64,000 bases of DNA, taken from NCBI GenBank assembly GCA_002269645.1, contig NIVC01001784.1, positions 62,001 through 126,000 of the forward strand. Reading direction: 5' to 3'. This DNA is from Macrostomum lignano (lineage: Eukaryota). Below, piece after piece: positions 63,939 to 64,000 of the stretch. Position 1 is the first letter of the stretch, and each line of letters opens with the position of its first letter. The notes below the pieces were generated by a model that was given only the letters and a program-made list of their open reading frames with translations, was not told the DNA's origin and searched no databases. A program made the position numbers and the translations under genes.

Positions 63939-64000
63939 TATCTAAAATGACATCCAGGCCCCCAATGTCAAAGCATCTAAAATGACATCCAGGCCCACAA

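Overview
This is eukaryotic (metazoan) genomic DNA with GC-rich exons, AT-rich spacers and GT-AG introns packed with minisatellites. The style suggests a lophotrochozoan such as a Macrostomum-like flatworm; that is an inference, not a proven assignment. Six protein-coding genes can be built by hand with phase-consistent splice sites. They are a mind bomb 2-like E3 ligase (+, 3245-10976, 8 exons), a DEG/ENaC family channel (+, 20329-26575, 5 exons), an intronless ADAT2/TAD2 (-, 32826-33380), NADPH-cytochrome P450 reductase (+, 41400-45477, 4 exons), a secreted CAP-EGF-ShK-like protein (-, 47020-50329, 5 exons) and the 3' part of an FKBP15/WAFL-like gene (-, 52328-62834, 9 exons; 5' end not found in the window). 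Mobile elements with readable ends are a 560-bp Merlin derivative (8-bp TSD), a 1655-bp IS630/Tc1-type element (174-bp TIRs, TA TSD, two frameshifts), a 987-bp solo LTR (4-bp TSD) inside a minisatellite, a decayed mariner (TA TSD) and a 5'-truncated RTE-like LINE fragment. About 30 tandem arrays occur, and 19 of the 26 modelled introns carry their own array. No CRISPR, rRNA or intact tRNA was recognised, and the very long ORFs in the track are repeat artefacts. I found no proven new system. The best leads are the CAP-furin site-EGF-ShK precursor, the splice-site-containing intronic minisatellites and the inverted sister arrays around the acidic-motif exons of FKBP15.
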